64,000 nucleotides of DNA, from assembly GCA_020891255.1 (NCBI GenBank), contig BQFW01000008.1, forward strand, positions 1 to 64,000, in the 5' to 3' direction. The translations under genes and the position numbers were made by a program. A model generated the notes under the pieces. The model worked only from the letters and a program-made list of their open reading frames with translations. It made no database searches and was not told the origin of the DNA. The stretch comes from Entomortierella parvispora E1425. Its lineage: Eukaryota > Fungi > Mortierellomycota. Every line of letters starts with the position of its first letter. Positions within the stretch are counted from its first letter, which is position 1. Of this stretch, positions 18,465 to 32,625 are shown piece after piece.

Positions 18465-20195
18465 TTCTATAGCACGGAACATGTAGAAGAGTCTGGAGTT
18501 AGGAATTGAAAAGGAAGGACTGCTTGACTAGTTTCTTTCAAATGTATCTAAGACCAGACCTCATTCTTATCTTTTGTATGCTTGGTATGTTGGATACTCT
18601 GGAGGCGCAGGATGGTAAAACTGACATCTCAGGCAGTGGTAAAAGATTTTGATCCCCATCCACGTGGTGAAACGATCTGCTGTTACCAGTTATCGTAGAA
18701 GGGCAGATCTGTCTTGTCTTTGAGCGCCTCACCTGCATCTCAGGGAGAAAAGAGGATGGGAGATTGAGAGATTGAGATCTGATTGCCCCTGTCGCAAAAG
18801 AAACAATGTCAGCAGGGAAAGGTCAGAGCATTCTGGAAAGTGTGGCATTTGAGTCAGATGGACATGTATCAAAAAGGAGCAAGGTGGTGTCAGGGAAATG
18901 TGGAGAAGCATGGCGTTTGAGTGTTTGTGTCCTTTTCCGTCCTCTTTTCCAACTGCGACTGGGTGGTCGTCAAGACAGAACCGAGTCGCGCCATCTCTGA
19001 TCTTGGTAGCAGAGTGCAGGCAGTAAACCAGCTCAAGCACACTCATTGACAAAGAGACCACCAACTGACGGTTCGCTGAAAGGACAGCAGAGGTTGAATT
19101 ATGTTGTCATCAAGCAAGACGTTGACACCATTTGTGGCCCGTGCCTGGCCACATTTGTGGCGACCCAATTTTATGGTTTTTGCTGTTGTTGGCGTGGGTC
19201 GCACGAACACAGCATGGAACAGACTCATTCCTCTCTTGAAAACCATTTCCTCGAGAGAAAAGGGGCACTGAAGGGGACAGACGTGGCCATCAACATTGGT
19301 TGTCTTTACCCGGCGAGCAGCAAAGGAGCGATGCGCAAGGGAAACAACGAGAATGGTGCCCTGCAGTTGTGAGTTGTACACTTTGTAGAACATTCCTTTC
19401 CTTCTGGATGGAGTCCAGGGACGACTTTCTGGCCCGTGGGTGGGGACCGAAAAAAAAAAGGGAATGACCATGCAGAGCAGAGCAGAGCAGCAGGGGAGCA
19501 GGGGAGCAGGGGACTGGGTAAGAAGAAAATGTCCCGCGAGAACGAGCGTTACCAATCATTGATCTGACATTCAACACGCACACGCTCCCCAATTGTTGTC
19601 GTCGTCAAGTTCACACGCCCATAGTGGTGGTTTCTTGTTGTCATCATTCGACAACCAAGCACAGCACAACCTGTAAGTCTTGCGTGTTGCGGAGGATGTA
19701 TGGAGTTGGACCGATGCAGTCAGAGGCGAAAGAGGCTGAAGAGGGAGAAGAGAAGCGCGACCAGGCGAGGGAGCAGTGCTGTGATGATTCAGCACGATGC
19801 AGCCCGCAAGAGAAACGCTGCAAATCCCAAGAGGACAAAAAAAATGATGGCGACTTTTTTCTGCGCGTTCCTATTGTTCCTCCCTTCTCTTTTCTTCCTC
19901 CTCTCTTTTTTCTTCTTTCTTTTTCTTTTCAATTGCATTCAGCAACTGCACCATCGTCCATCATTCACATTCTGTCTCTTCCAATTGTGCATTGGAGCCC
20001 ACCGCTGACCACTGATCTGAATTCCTCGGGCCCTTTTCCTTCCAGTGTGAACCCAGATATAAATTTTTTTCCCTCTCGTTTCAACTGCCTGCCCACGTCT
20101 TCACATCTTCACTGTCAACAACGGTCCACGGCAGCGACCCGTTTGTTTTCATCCCTCTCCTCTCTTCATACCCATACATCATACGCACTCTCCTC

Positions 20196-22148
20196 ATGGA
20201 TTGGCTCGTACTAGCCGGTGCTGCTGCAGAGGTACCAACTGATAGAGCAAATTCAAACCCAGTGGCAACTGTGTACTCACTCTCTGCTTCTCACCTACTA
20301 GGCAGTTTCACAGGTCCTTGTTGTCGTTGGTTGCGGTGTGATCCTTTCCAGGACAGGATACCTCACCCAGTCAGCCCAAAAGGTGAGCGCCACCTCTTAT
20401 CTTTGACCTGGTGAAGTCTGAGCAACAAACAACAGTACTGACCCTTCCTCCATTGCAGTCTATCTCCAAAGTCAATCTGTACTTTATGACCCCCTGTCTT
20501 CTTTTCACAAAGATTGCATCGACCATCAACTGGACACAGTTTAAGGCCTTCTGGCCCATTCCTGTGTTCTACGTCCTCTTCTCGACAATTTCTTGGGTTG
20601 TTGCCAAGGCCGGCTCCCGGCTTCTGGGCTTTTCGAAGGACGAAGAAAAGTTTGTCATCGCCTCCATTTTGTTTTCAAACACAAACTCGCTGCCCATGGC
20701 CCTTCTGCAATCGCTGGCGTTTAGTGCTGCAGGAGATAGACTGCTGCGCGACTCGAACGACACAAAAGAAGACGTAGCTGCTAGGTAAACTCCAACAGCA
20801 GTGAACCCCAATGCTTTGCATCTTTCGTGTTTATGGTAGCAACTGGCTCTGACAGAAACCACCTCCGTTTGTTTGTTATCTGATCTTTCGTAGAGGTATC
20901 TCCTATATCTTGTTCTACGCTATTTTCGGCAATCTCGTTCGATGGTCGTATGGATTCACGCTGCTTGTTCCTCAGGACAAGGAAGAGGCACCAGGCTCTG
21001 CCCCTACCTCCCAAGCTCCTCCTTCTGTCTTGATCAATGTCGATGGACCCTCTTCCAGCAACGCTGTAACCTCGGCATCGCGTCCTTTCCTGTTGCCAGA
21101 CCATGCTGCACGATCTCCTGCAGTTTCAATCAAAAGCGCGACGGAGTCGATTCTGATGCAACGGGCTTCAACTGCCTATGAACGGATACGTCAAGTGCTG
21201 ACTCCTCCGCTGTTGACGGCGTTGATAGCCCTTATAATTGGTTTGGTGCCTGCGCTTCACCAACTATTCATGAGTCCTCAGTCAACAGTATACAGATTCT
21301 TGGTTCGACCAATTGAAGGATGCGGTGCAGCTGCGATCCCGATGATTCTGCTCTGTCTCGGAGCTCAGGTGGTTCACTTTGCCGAGTCCTCCCCATCGCC
21401 GTCCTCGAGTCATCCAGAACCACAGACAGTCTTGCCAAAACGCCAACCAGTGTTGAACCCCGCTCTGGTGCCTGCCCAGCAGACTGGACTTGGAATTTAC
21501 ACTCCAAGCCCTGAAGAGCTGGGCTCTTCTAGCGATGAGGATCGGGCGGAAGGTCCTCTGTCAGAACGCCGACACAACAGCAGGAGCTCGTATGGCAGTG
21601 GTATTGCTAATTTGCAGTCAGGCGCCTCTTCTTCTGCGACTTTACTTCAGTTCAATGACCATGAACGCCCTCTCTCAAAAGGCAAAGGCACCAGAGCATC
21701 ACGGCATGGATCGACGTCTTCCACAGGAACAGATGGCACCAGCGATGGCGACAGTAATGTTTGCTACAATGAAGAAGCACGACCACTTTTGAGAGATGGG
21801 GCCATGGTGTCTTCAGATTCAGAGAGTCATTACAGGATCCGTTGGCTCACTCCCGTGCCTTTCATCCTGTTTTCAAGAATGATCATGGTGCCAGTGATGT
21901 CCATGCCAGCAATTATCTTTCACCCAGACAGCCTATCACCAATTTTGACAATGGACCCGACCTTTTCGCTGGCCTTGGTCCTACTGGCTGCGGCCCCGAC
22001 GGCCATCAACATGATTCAGATCTGCCACATCAAGGGGTTCTTTGAACATCAGATGGCAGCGGTCCTGTTCTGGAGCTACTGCGTGTTTGGCATCCCCTGT
22101 GTGCTGGGGTGGTCGCTGGTGGGCCTCTGGGCGGCGGGGCGCGAGTAG
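20196..22148 (+). CDS. Auxin-efflux-carrier/PILS-like (Mem_trans) transporter (multi-exon)
   Basis: ISKVNLYFMTPCLLFTKI, FSNTNSLP, GISYILFYAIFGNLVRWSYG, GAAAIPMILLCLGA, AAAPTAIN motifs, with a long S/P-rich central loop. Confidence 0.9.
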
Positions 22149-22392
22149 TTTAGTCGTAGAATAGAGTTGATCCTTGTAAATTAGCACTGAGATGAAATCC
22201 CGAGCTCGCCAACTTCTGTTATGATCATGTTTTTATGAAGATGAAGGCACAGGGGGCTCCTCATTTGCAGACGCCACTGAAGGATTTTTTTTTTTTTTTT
22301 ATTATTATTATTCAAAGGCGAGGCAGCTACACAGACGAAGCTGATCAGGGATGACAGAGTGATGAAAGTGATATACATGGATGACTGGTGCC

Positions 22393-25300
22393 CTACAATT
22401 TCGAATATCGGAGAAGATCAACAACAGGGAAGGGTGCCTTGCTTAGTCCTAGATTCGCCTTGAACTCGACCTCATTCGTGACCAGCACTGTCCCATCGCG
22501 GAGTCGAATCACTTCATCTTTCTTTTTCATTCCATCCTGCGTAGGTTCACTCGAAGCAGACAAGATTTCATTGCCATTCGTTGGAGAAGGCAGCTTCTCT
22601 GGACGGATATGGACCGACAGTTTCTTGATCTGATTAGAGTCAGGGTGGATCCTCTCGGTAAAAAATCGTCGCAGCGTATCCAAGGACACCCTTCGCATCT
22701 CGTCGACATCAGCCTGAGTTTGGTCAAAGTCGTAAAATCCCGATCTGATGGCTGCCCAGTACTTTGTTGACTCCTCCCCCAGATTCTTGCTTGTCTCCAG
22801 CTTCTTGACTGCTGCAGACTCAATCTGTCTTCTCAGATCATCATCGGTCATGGCATTCAGCATGAGTTGAATTCTCTCCCTGAGCAGAGTCTCAATCCTG
22901 TGCTCCAGGTAGATGGGATCCCGTTCTGACTGAATCGAAACCGTGACGCCCAAGATCCCTGCTTCTTCTCTCACGCCACTTTTGACAACGTATCCCAGCT
23001 GCTCCTTGGTCCTTAGCTGGTTAAAGCATGGCTCTTGCAATATCTGTGCCATGACCATGACCAACGCTCGGGTTTCCTTCTGCGCAGGATCCTCCTTGTA
23101 GGAAGAAAAAGCACCGACCTGCAAGTAGTAATGAATGCCCGAGTTCACGTTGTCCGGATCCGCATTGATCCTCGGATAGACGGCCTGACACCCCTCTGGC
23201 AAGATCCTCGCTCGCTTCATCAGCGCCTTCTCCGTGTTCGAAAGATTTCTCGGGGCCAGCACATCCTGCACGGTCCTGTATATCACCAACGCTTGGTCTT
23301 GACTAATGTTGCCATGAATTAGACCTTCGATAAACAGCCTTTCCAGCACATCCTTAATAAAGGTATCGCAATCTTCCGCCGTGATGGATCGAAGCTCTTC
23401 CAATTCCTCCAAATATGACCACATCGTCTCCTTGACCAAGTACTTCAAGTAATACTCGGCATGCTCCAGAGGATGGACCTTGTCCATGTTTCGATATTGT
23501 CGCTCGACTCTTTCCTTGATCCGGCTGAACCTTTCCAGATCGTTTGTAGCACTGAACTCCTTCAACGCTCGGATGACTTTTTCGATCAGTAAGTCTGCTT
23601 TGTCATGATATCCCGAGACGACGATCAGTAAGCCCTCTGGCGTTGTTTTGAGATTATAAACCAATCCGGCTAGCTTGGCGCCGTAAAGAACCTCCAGGAG
23701 CACATCATCAAGTAAATCCCGAACGAGCCTGGTCTTGATTGCGTTCAATGGTGAAGCGTACACGATAGGAGAGTTGAGTTGGATATAGATGTTGGCCTTG
23801 GGTACCCAGAATGTATCGTCCTTTTTGTGCCAGAGACGAACAAGAGGTGTGTTCTGGATAAGATTGGGGTGGTTGGTAGGTGGAAGTGGGGTATCGCCAG
23901 GAGGCCTGTCTGTCTCGAAATTGCGAGGGATGAAAACGTTGGGTATCGGGAGGTGCAGATCTGGATGCAAATCGATATTTTCCAGCCTCTACATTCCAAA
24001 CGCAAGAAGAAAGTCAGAGATTGTACCCTTGGGTGCAGTTTTGATCATCAACATCCTACCTGTGAAAGCTCTGGGCTTGTATTTGCGACATGGTATTCAA
24101 TACCATACCAGCCCTCGGCTTCAGTGAAATTGCCTCCAGGTATGACCGCTGTGTCTTGAGTCATGATGAGACCTCTCCAGTTGTCGACGCGAAGGCCACC
24201 GATGCAGTCAGTCACCAACTTGTCATCCCTCTCCTGAATCAACTCGGGTCCTGACAAGTAGAACTGAGGCAGATCCACATGTTGCATCTGCCTCGAAACT
24301 GCACGGACATATACAGCGGCCTTGCTCTTTTCCTTGAACCGGTATGCCAACGCTGCCAACGACACCATCTATCCCAAAAAAAAAAAAAAAAAAAAAAAAT
24401 CAGCACAACCCCTTCCTATTCCTGATTCCTAGGTGAAAAATTATGTCCGCATCCGTGTCGCCTTACCTCGTCCCAAATATAATCCTGGACACCGCTTTCA
24501 CGCATCAGTTTGATGTATTGGAATACAATTACAGTAACATCTTCGTGGTGATAGAGTCCTTCCTTGGTCAAATCCACGGTCATCTTCAAAAATTGGTGGC
24601 CAATTCCTGCGGGCATTGTCGCCATCGCAAGGCCATTAGCCCATCCCAAACGCTTCAGCAGTGACAGGATCGATCCTTTCCCCTTATGACCCAAGAGGTG
24701 ACTGATGTAGTTGGACGGCTTGACTCGGTAATGAGGGGTTTCGTCCACAAAGGGGAACTTGATTTCCAGCGAGCGTGTGTCCTGTATGGGCTTCATATAC
24801 ACCGTTGTCTAGAGGTTATTGAACAAAATAGTATAAAAGGTCTTAGGAGGCTTGTGGATAGTCGTTTGACCATGAGAAGACCTAGAAATCGATATCATAC
24901 CAATAGCTCTTTGGAAGTCCAAGGAGATTTTGGGTACGCTGGTGGAGATATGGCCAAATTGCGGACGCTGGAAAACTTTTCGACTGCCCACTCGGTCAGC
25001 TGGTCCAATGAGTCTATAGCGAAGGATTGGGAATCTCTCGCATTAGAGGGCATCATATAGGCATAGAGGCATAGAGGCATAGAAGCATCATAGGTGAATG
25101 AGGAGAAGGAAGAATGGAAAAACAGATAACATCCTCTCACCTCGACCGAGAATCACCAGCTTCATAATGTTGGATGAATAGTACTTGTGATAGAACGCAA
25201 TGAGCTCTGCTCGAACATCGAGCCCTTCCTTGGCGGGGTTTTCCTCCAGCGTGACCAGATTTCCAGTTGAAAAATGCCAGTAAGGATGATCGCGACTGCA

Positions 25301-26061
25301 AAGATGTTTCCCAAGCACAAATAGTCGACGTGAATCAAAGTTGAGGTTGCGTTTGAATTCAGAGTCGACAGCTCGGATCTCACGGTCCTTGCAGTTTTCG
25401 CTGAATGCAGGCGACACGAAGAACTGCGAGAACCTGAAGTTGGAATTGGTTAGTGTGGGTGATAGAGAAATAGCGGCGATGTGCCTGCTCCAATAGTCCT
25501 GGGATCTGTAGAATACCTGTCCAAAGCACCTTCGAGGTGCTCATGACCAACCTCAAAATGAAAGGCGGTGTTGTCCAGAAATGTAGAAGCATTGGAGCTT
25601 CCCGCATGCCGAGCAAGGTACTCCTTGTACCCATTTTCCTGTGGGTACTTGGCCGTTCCCATGAACAGCAAGTGCTCCAAGAAGTGGGCCAAGCCTTGGA
25701 GATTGTCCTAATTTGAGAGCGGACCATAGGAGGCAACGGGGCATGAGGCATCAGTTGTGATATTCCCCCCCTTGTAATTTGCCCGATTCAGAAACATCCT
25801 CGGAGGCACGAACATGGGGACAGCAAAGAAATGCTTGCTTACAGGATCCGTCAGATTACCGACGTATACATCCATTGCTGCTGCCGACTTGTCTGTGCTG
25901 GGGTCGTGAACGAGTAAAACCTCCATCTCGTTGGGCAGACGTATCAGTTTGTAGCCTCGGTCATCGTTCATTGAAGCTTCGATTGGTTGCGTAAAGACGG
26001 CGTGCGATCCATCATCAGAGAGGCGATAGCCGTCGGGAAGGGTGTGGTTGAAGGCCATCAT
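22393..26061 (-). CDS. Insulysin/Ste23-like M16A metalloendopeptidase (multi-exon)
   Basis: [23 protein letters not shown] (HxxEH), [37 protein letters not shown]. Confidence 0.95.
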
Positions 26062-26471
26062 TGCTGCTATGCTGGGGGAGGCGGAGACTGCCTACAACAG
26101 ACAACCAGGGGTTTTTGTTCCATGAGACAATTGAATGTAGCATGGAAGCAAATGCTGCATGGCTTGTCTGCTCATACACATTCATCGTAGCATGAATGTG
26201 CCGTTGTAAAACAGTCTCGTACCTTTGAAGCGTGGACAGATGATAGTATTTCCGAGGGAAGACCTTCCGTCTTGATGGGGTATGCAAGTGAGGAAGGAGA
26301 GGGAGGGAGGTTCGACACGGAAGAAAGAAAGAAAGGAAAAATCGCCTGCACGCCACGCGTTTTTTTCCTTTCCCCGCAGGTCACAGGACACGGTGCTTTA
26401 TTGACATTTATCCGCCAAAGTTCTGCAGATACTTGTGAAGGAGCCCACACCGTGGGATTGCCGGCTCAATC

Positions 26472-29400
26472 CTACAACGATGTCTGTCCAGACTGTTTCG
26501 CCAACTGGAAAAACAGCGAGTCGCCCTTCTTCTCCAAAAGTACCTGTGGTGCATCAAACTCCTGGACGCGTCCCTGCTCTAAGACCAAGATTTTGTCAGA
26601 ATCCATTACCGTCTTGATCCGATGTGCAATCGTCAAGATGGTCCGGTCCTTGAACTCCTTACGAATCGTTCTCTGGATTAACTCGTCTGTTTCTACATCC
26701 ACTGCCGCCGTTGCCTCGTCCAAGATCAAGATCTTTGTTTTGCGAAGCAGAGCTCGAGCAAGACATATCAGCGATCGTTGGCCCACCGAAAAGTTGTCGC
26801 CATTTTGAGCGACCTCAAACGAAAGTCCACCTGGAAGGGACGAGATGTGCGATTGCAGATGCGCACGCTCCAGTGCCTGCCAGAGTTCAGTGTCCGAACA
26901 ATGAGAGAAAGGATCAATGTTGTCACGAACGGTGCCTGCAAAAAGGATGGGATCCTGAGGAATGATAGCAAGATGGTGTCGAAGGTGCTCCAATCCCACC
27001 GTTGCAATGTCGATACCGTCGATCAGAATCATTCCTCCCAAGTCTTCCCTTTTGCCCTCATCCATGCTCGTCTTGTCAACCTGTCCAATTGACTTTTCCA
27101 TAGTGCTCAGGTCCATGGTTGCATCTGAGTGAGCGACCTCCTTGAATTTTTCGGTTTCCATGGACAACCGTAACGACTTCTTTTCCCAGGGACCATTGGC
27201 CGCCTCAATGATCCTGAAAAGCGCTAGCGTCAAAGACGATTTGCCCGCTCCTGTTCGGCCAACGATACCAATCTTTTCCCCCGGTAGCACCTCGAACGAG
27301 ACGTCCTTGATAATCAGCTCCATTCCCTGTCGGTACCTCGCAGAAAAGTTCCTGAACTCAATCCTTCCCCCTCCAGGCCAACCATCAGGCAGACTATCAT
27401 CGTTGATCATGACCGCAGGCGCTTCCTGCTCTTTGCTTGAATATTCTTGGATTCTCTCGACGGAAACCAGCTGGTTCTGAACCTCGCCATAGCTCTTGAC
27501 TAATAGTGTAATCAAAAAAGTCAAGTTTGCCGCGTACGACAAAGCCAGACCGGCTTTTGAGGCTCCCAAGGACTCGCGCGCCAAAACGGCTAACAGTGCT
27601 GTCGCCAGAACGACCACAGCTCCCAAGAATTCCAAACGAATGTCCAGCCAGCGGGACGCAATGTTGTAAGCGAAATAGGCATTTGCTGACTGATCCGACT
27701 TGAGAGAGTTTTCGAGAATAAAACGAGAGTCCATCCGCATCGCGCGAATGGTTGAAACGCCTGTCAAAGTTTCGCTGAAATGCTGGTATAGTGGCGATTT
27801 CGAGATGGAGTGAATCCGCTTGAGAGCTCGGGAAGATCTCAAGTATCCGACTTGAATAATCAGATAAAGGACTGCCAGAACGGGTATCAGGGCCATGAAG
27901 ATTGGCACAGAGAACGAGATAACGATCAGAGTCCCCAGGACCGAGGTAAGAAAATAAAAGACGTCGCTGATATTGAGAGGTAGAAGTTCGTCTACGTTAT
28001 CCATGTCCGACGAGAATCGGTTCATGATTCGTCCAACACTGAAAAAAGGATTGAAATGAGTTAGTCCTTTTGGGGCGGTGGAGAATTGTACAAACAAAGG
28101 TCCGGATCCAATGATTCAATGCTTCTTACGGAGTCGTGTCAAAGAAACTAGCAATACAGAATGAAAATCCATGAGAAGGAGAACGATGTCAGCAATTGGA
28201 TTCCCAAAAAAAAAAAAAAAAAAAAAAAAAACTGGATTCTCTCCTTACCTCATTGGTAATCGTAATACCCTTTCAAGTAGAGTCTCATGCAAAACCCTGC
28301 TTGCTCTGAGACCTGCCCCTACGAATATGATGATGTTGACGGTAATATCCAGAAGGAAATATAACAAGACGAGGGCTGCATAGGCGCCAAAGAAAAGGCC
28401 GAGTGAATGCTGGCGATCCGTCCCAAAGTTTGAGGCATACGTCTGCAGCCAAGTGCTGATTCCGATCTGACTTGCTTGTGATAAAATGAACATGAAGCAT
28501 CCCAGAAAAGAGAATACGTATGTACTATGTGTATGGAGGAGAAAGAAGACATGTTAATTCATTTGTACATCCAAAGAAGGATTCTGGATATATAAATAAA
28601 CGAAAACGAGGGGAAACCTGCTATGTTATGTTACCTGGCGTGCGCGTAATGTTTGATCACCTTGAGTCCAACGCTTCCTTCGGCCGCTTCTTCCTCAGCT
28701 ATGAGCTCTGCTTGATCATCTTTCTTGGCCATATTCTCAGATCCCACCGTTGGAGCAATTTCTGTCGCCAGCTTCAATTGATCATCAGGTCCAGCCTCTG
28801 CCTCACTATTCTTGGATGGTATAGCGTTGTCCCCATTTTGGCCGGCGATAGAGAACTCCGTTATCAACTGCGAGAAGGATGACCCTGCAGCCATCAAATC
28901 CGTGTAATTGCCTGACTCCTGAATCATCCCATCCTTGATCACTACGATTTGGTCGATTTCATGCAAGTGGTGGATTCCATGGGTGATCAAAAGTCGCGTC
29001 TTGTCCTTGAGCAAACCGAGGGGTCCTATAAGCTCCTTCCACAAGTGTTGGTCAACATGGGCGTCGACTGCACTCAGAGGATCATCCAAAAGATAAATGT
29101 CTGCATTCTGATAAGCGGCTCTGGCAAGCGAGACTCGTTGCTTTTGACCTCCTGAGAGGTTGATACCTCTCTCTCCAATCTCAGTTCTATCCTGCGCCGG
29201 GAGAACTTTGAAGTCGGGGAGGAGACCGCAGGCTTTGACGATATTGTCGTAGCGGTCCTGATCAAATTCTTTTCCGAAAAGGATATTATCCCTCAAGGTG
29301 GCATTGATGATCCACGCCTATAATGGATGTTGCAATAAAAAGAGTCAGCCGGCCGAAGATGAACAAGAGATACAATGGCAAAAAAAAAAAAAAAAAAAAA

Positions 29401-31736
29401 AAGGAAAAAGATATGAACGTATTACCTGTTGGGGGACATAGGCCACGGTACCAGCAATTCGCACGCGCCCGTTCAACTTGTACATGTCGCCAATTATCGC
29501 GCTCAGAAGTGAAGACTTGCCCATCCCGACTCGGCCCATAAGCACGGTCAAGCTCCCTCGATGGATGGTAAGATCGATATCTGAGAGAGCTGGGGGGGAT
29601 GAGGCGCTGCTACTTGTGGCTGAATCCAGCTCCTTGCTTTTTTTCTCGTCGCCATCATCAAGACTCACTTCTGACGGCCTACCCTCGGGGCTGTTCCAAG
29701 AAAATGTGCCGTGCTCAACAAGAATCGAAGTTGACTCTGTCTCAGTTTCGTTTCCTTCTGTCGCTCCAGTGAACTCGGTGTATTCAATCTGTGAAGCGTC
29801 CAGTTCCTCCTGCAGTAGAAATCCTTGGACACGTTTCGCTGCGACCCTGAAGGAGATGGCCTGACTAATGATCTGGGACGCTCTTCCAATCGGTCCCGCC
29901 AACCGACTAAATAAAGTCAAACTGACGAAGATGGTTTGGGCATTCAGCTGCCCTCTTGTACCGCCTGGCCCACCTGTCAAGGCAAAGACTAAGAAGGACA
30001 ACAGCCCCATGAGCGATGGTAGCGATGAGTACATGATCATCATGAACGCGATCACGATTCCTATGTGCTTCAAGTGATGAAGCTCCTTCTTGCGGTATAT
30101 TTCCAACTGTTTGAAAAAGGACCGCTCCCAAGAGTAGAGTTTGACGATCTTGATCCCAGAAAGCACTTCGTTGAGGAGTCTGACACGTCCATCCATGGCT
30201 GCTAGTTTTTTATCCTTTGCCTTGTTCAAGATCCGTCCAATGAGTGCCTGAACGGGTATGATAAGGATTACTACCCCGAGACTAGTAAAGGCACTGACGC
30301 CCAATTGACGGTAAAGAAGATAGATTCCAAGACCAATCTCGAACGGTGAAGTGACCACGAGAGGAAGATATGTGATGGACTCTCCAATCCTCTCGACATC
30401 AACCGACATATGATTACCTATTCATAGGAACGTCGGTCAATATATGAACTGAAAGTTTCGATAGAGGCATGCCCCAGCGGTGGTTAAACTTACTAATATC
30501 GCCCACCGTGGAGTGTCTTCTGGCGCTTGGTGACAATCTTAGTGACTTTCGGTAGATCATGGAAATCAACCCTGACTTGAGTTCGATACCCAGATTGTAC
30601 CCCAGTTGCATGAACTGATTACTTGTGGCTGAACCCATAATCTCCGTTGCGAACATTCCAAATGCAATGATCACTCCCAGAGTTGTTTGTTGCGGAGCAT
30701 CGGTCGAATACGAGCTGATAAAGTCCAGAATGACATCGATCAGAACCGGCTGTAGATACTGAAAGACCGACGATGAAAGAGAAAATGCCATGATGGGGAT
30801 CCAAGAACGACCGCCTGCTTTGAGGACAATCCACAATAAGGAAGGCGATTTGGAGGTTTGGCGGCACTTTTGTACATGGCGATCCCAAGTGCGCGAGACG
30901 ATCTCGTAGCTGTGGAGGGTTTTGATCTTTTGGGGCATCATGTTGGAGATGTCGCTCTCCTGCAACGGCTGACGGTATCCACGTGTAATGACACTTTGAA
31001 TATAATGGAAGCTCATTCTTGAAAACAGATTTGCTCGATCATACGCCGTCGCAGAGTTGGTGGTAGCGGTTGCCTGTAAACTGTCTGTCTGGGTTGTGCG
31101 AATCGTCGCCTCGTTGGGACGAGGCCATGCTTCAAAAATGAATCCAAGGATGATTGCTCCGTAGTAGACACAGAAGGAGACAAATTGGTCCTGTCCCGTC
31201 CAATCCAGATCATGCATGGTGCGCACAACAATGCCGCCCGCCACGAGCGAGATGGCGTAAAAAGCGAACAAGTAGGTGGATGATCGACTATCAACCTGGC
31301 TCTCGCCGTGGTTCACAACCAGCGCCGTCAACTACTCCAGAGAAAGCATGGAAGACGGTGATATGATGTTAGTCATGTCGTTGATCGTTGACGAGAGTAC
31401 TCTACATGCTGCCTGCCTGACCCTTGCTCTTACCCAGGCCGAAAGCAATGATGCTGATCCGAGAATGGAAGAAACAGGCAGACCCTCATCGGTTAGTTGT
31501 ACAATCCGGGTAACAAGTGCTACGCATGCTAGTACGATGCAGAACTGGGAGATCCAATAAACCCATCCGCTTTTAGGCTTTTTCCACCAGGTGTTGACAA
31601 AGAGGCGAGGTCGTGCATCGGCTTGCTTCGGATTGCAGAGGCCGAACTCCTGTGTAAGGTCGTAAATGCGGATGAAAAAGAACAGTAGAGCGAGAAGAGC
31701 GGGCAGGGCAATGAGGATGCTAATATCAAAGGACAA
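26472..31736 (-). CDS. ABCC/MRP (Ycf1-like) full-length ABC transporter with TMD0 (multi-exon)
   Basis: NBD1 GRVGMGKSS, LSGGQKQR, YLLDD. NBD2 GRTGAGKSS, FSVGQR, ILDEATA. Contains an 18-nt microexon at 28130-28147. Confidence 0.96.
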
Positions 31737-32625
31737 AAGGTTGATCAGGGGAATGCAAGGCAGAAAAGGAACGTGCGATGAAGAGAGAAAGGCAGCCCGA
31801 AATGCCCCTACCTGTCTTCAAAGCAGGGGGTCAGGTCAACTCTTGTTGCACTCGTCGGGCCCTGAATGTGGCAACGAGAGGGGAAACAACGCTGTTAGTG
31901 GCGGACTGAGATCAAGAGAGTCGTGGCCTAGACCGGAAGCAGCGCGGTACCCATCCTTCATAGCTATGACTGCAGAACGAGCTCATGGGCCGGATCTATG
32001 AACTGGCAACGTTGCAGGTAGTTTTGGGAAGGGTCAACAAGCAAAAAAAAAAAAAAAAAAAAAAAAAGATAGAGAGGCTGAGAGAGAGAGTGAAAGAGAA
32101 AAGATTGATGAAGGAAGAAAAGGAAGTTGAAGAGAGTTGACGACAAAGCAAAAAAAAAAAAAAAAGGGTTGTGGATGAGGGCCGTGGGTCGTGAACTCCA
32201 TCCAGAACAACGCGCCCTGCGGATTGCGGATTTGTCCAAGGGACCGAACGAGAGCGAAGAAACAAAAGGGAAACGAACCCAAAAATCGCAGGGACGCCGC
32301 GCGCACCCGTGGGGAGGATGTGAGCCATGAATGGAGCGCTTCGCCCGCAGTTCTTTTTTTTTTTCAGGCCATGTTCTGTCGGTGTAGGTGCATGTGCATG
32401 TGCAGGTGTGTGTGTGTGTCTATCTGTCTGTGTCCTTGGGACTGCAGGTCGCGTCTCTGCTCTGAAAGAAGACGCGTTGTCCATGCTGTCATTGATACAT
32501 CACCGCCACTCGCTTTTTTGCCTGGCTGTGGTCCACACTCTTTCTTCTCTTTTACCATCCGACTCTTTTTGACCACACCCTTCTTTCTCATCTCCAACCA
32601 GAAGCACCTTCAATCCCACAGCATC

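Noticed and set aside
32191-32625. N-terminal part of ORF 32191..33057
   Set aside because: It translates low-complexity promoter/UTR sequence; the ATG at 32626 is more plausible.
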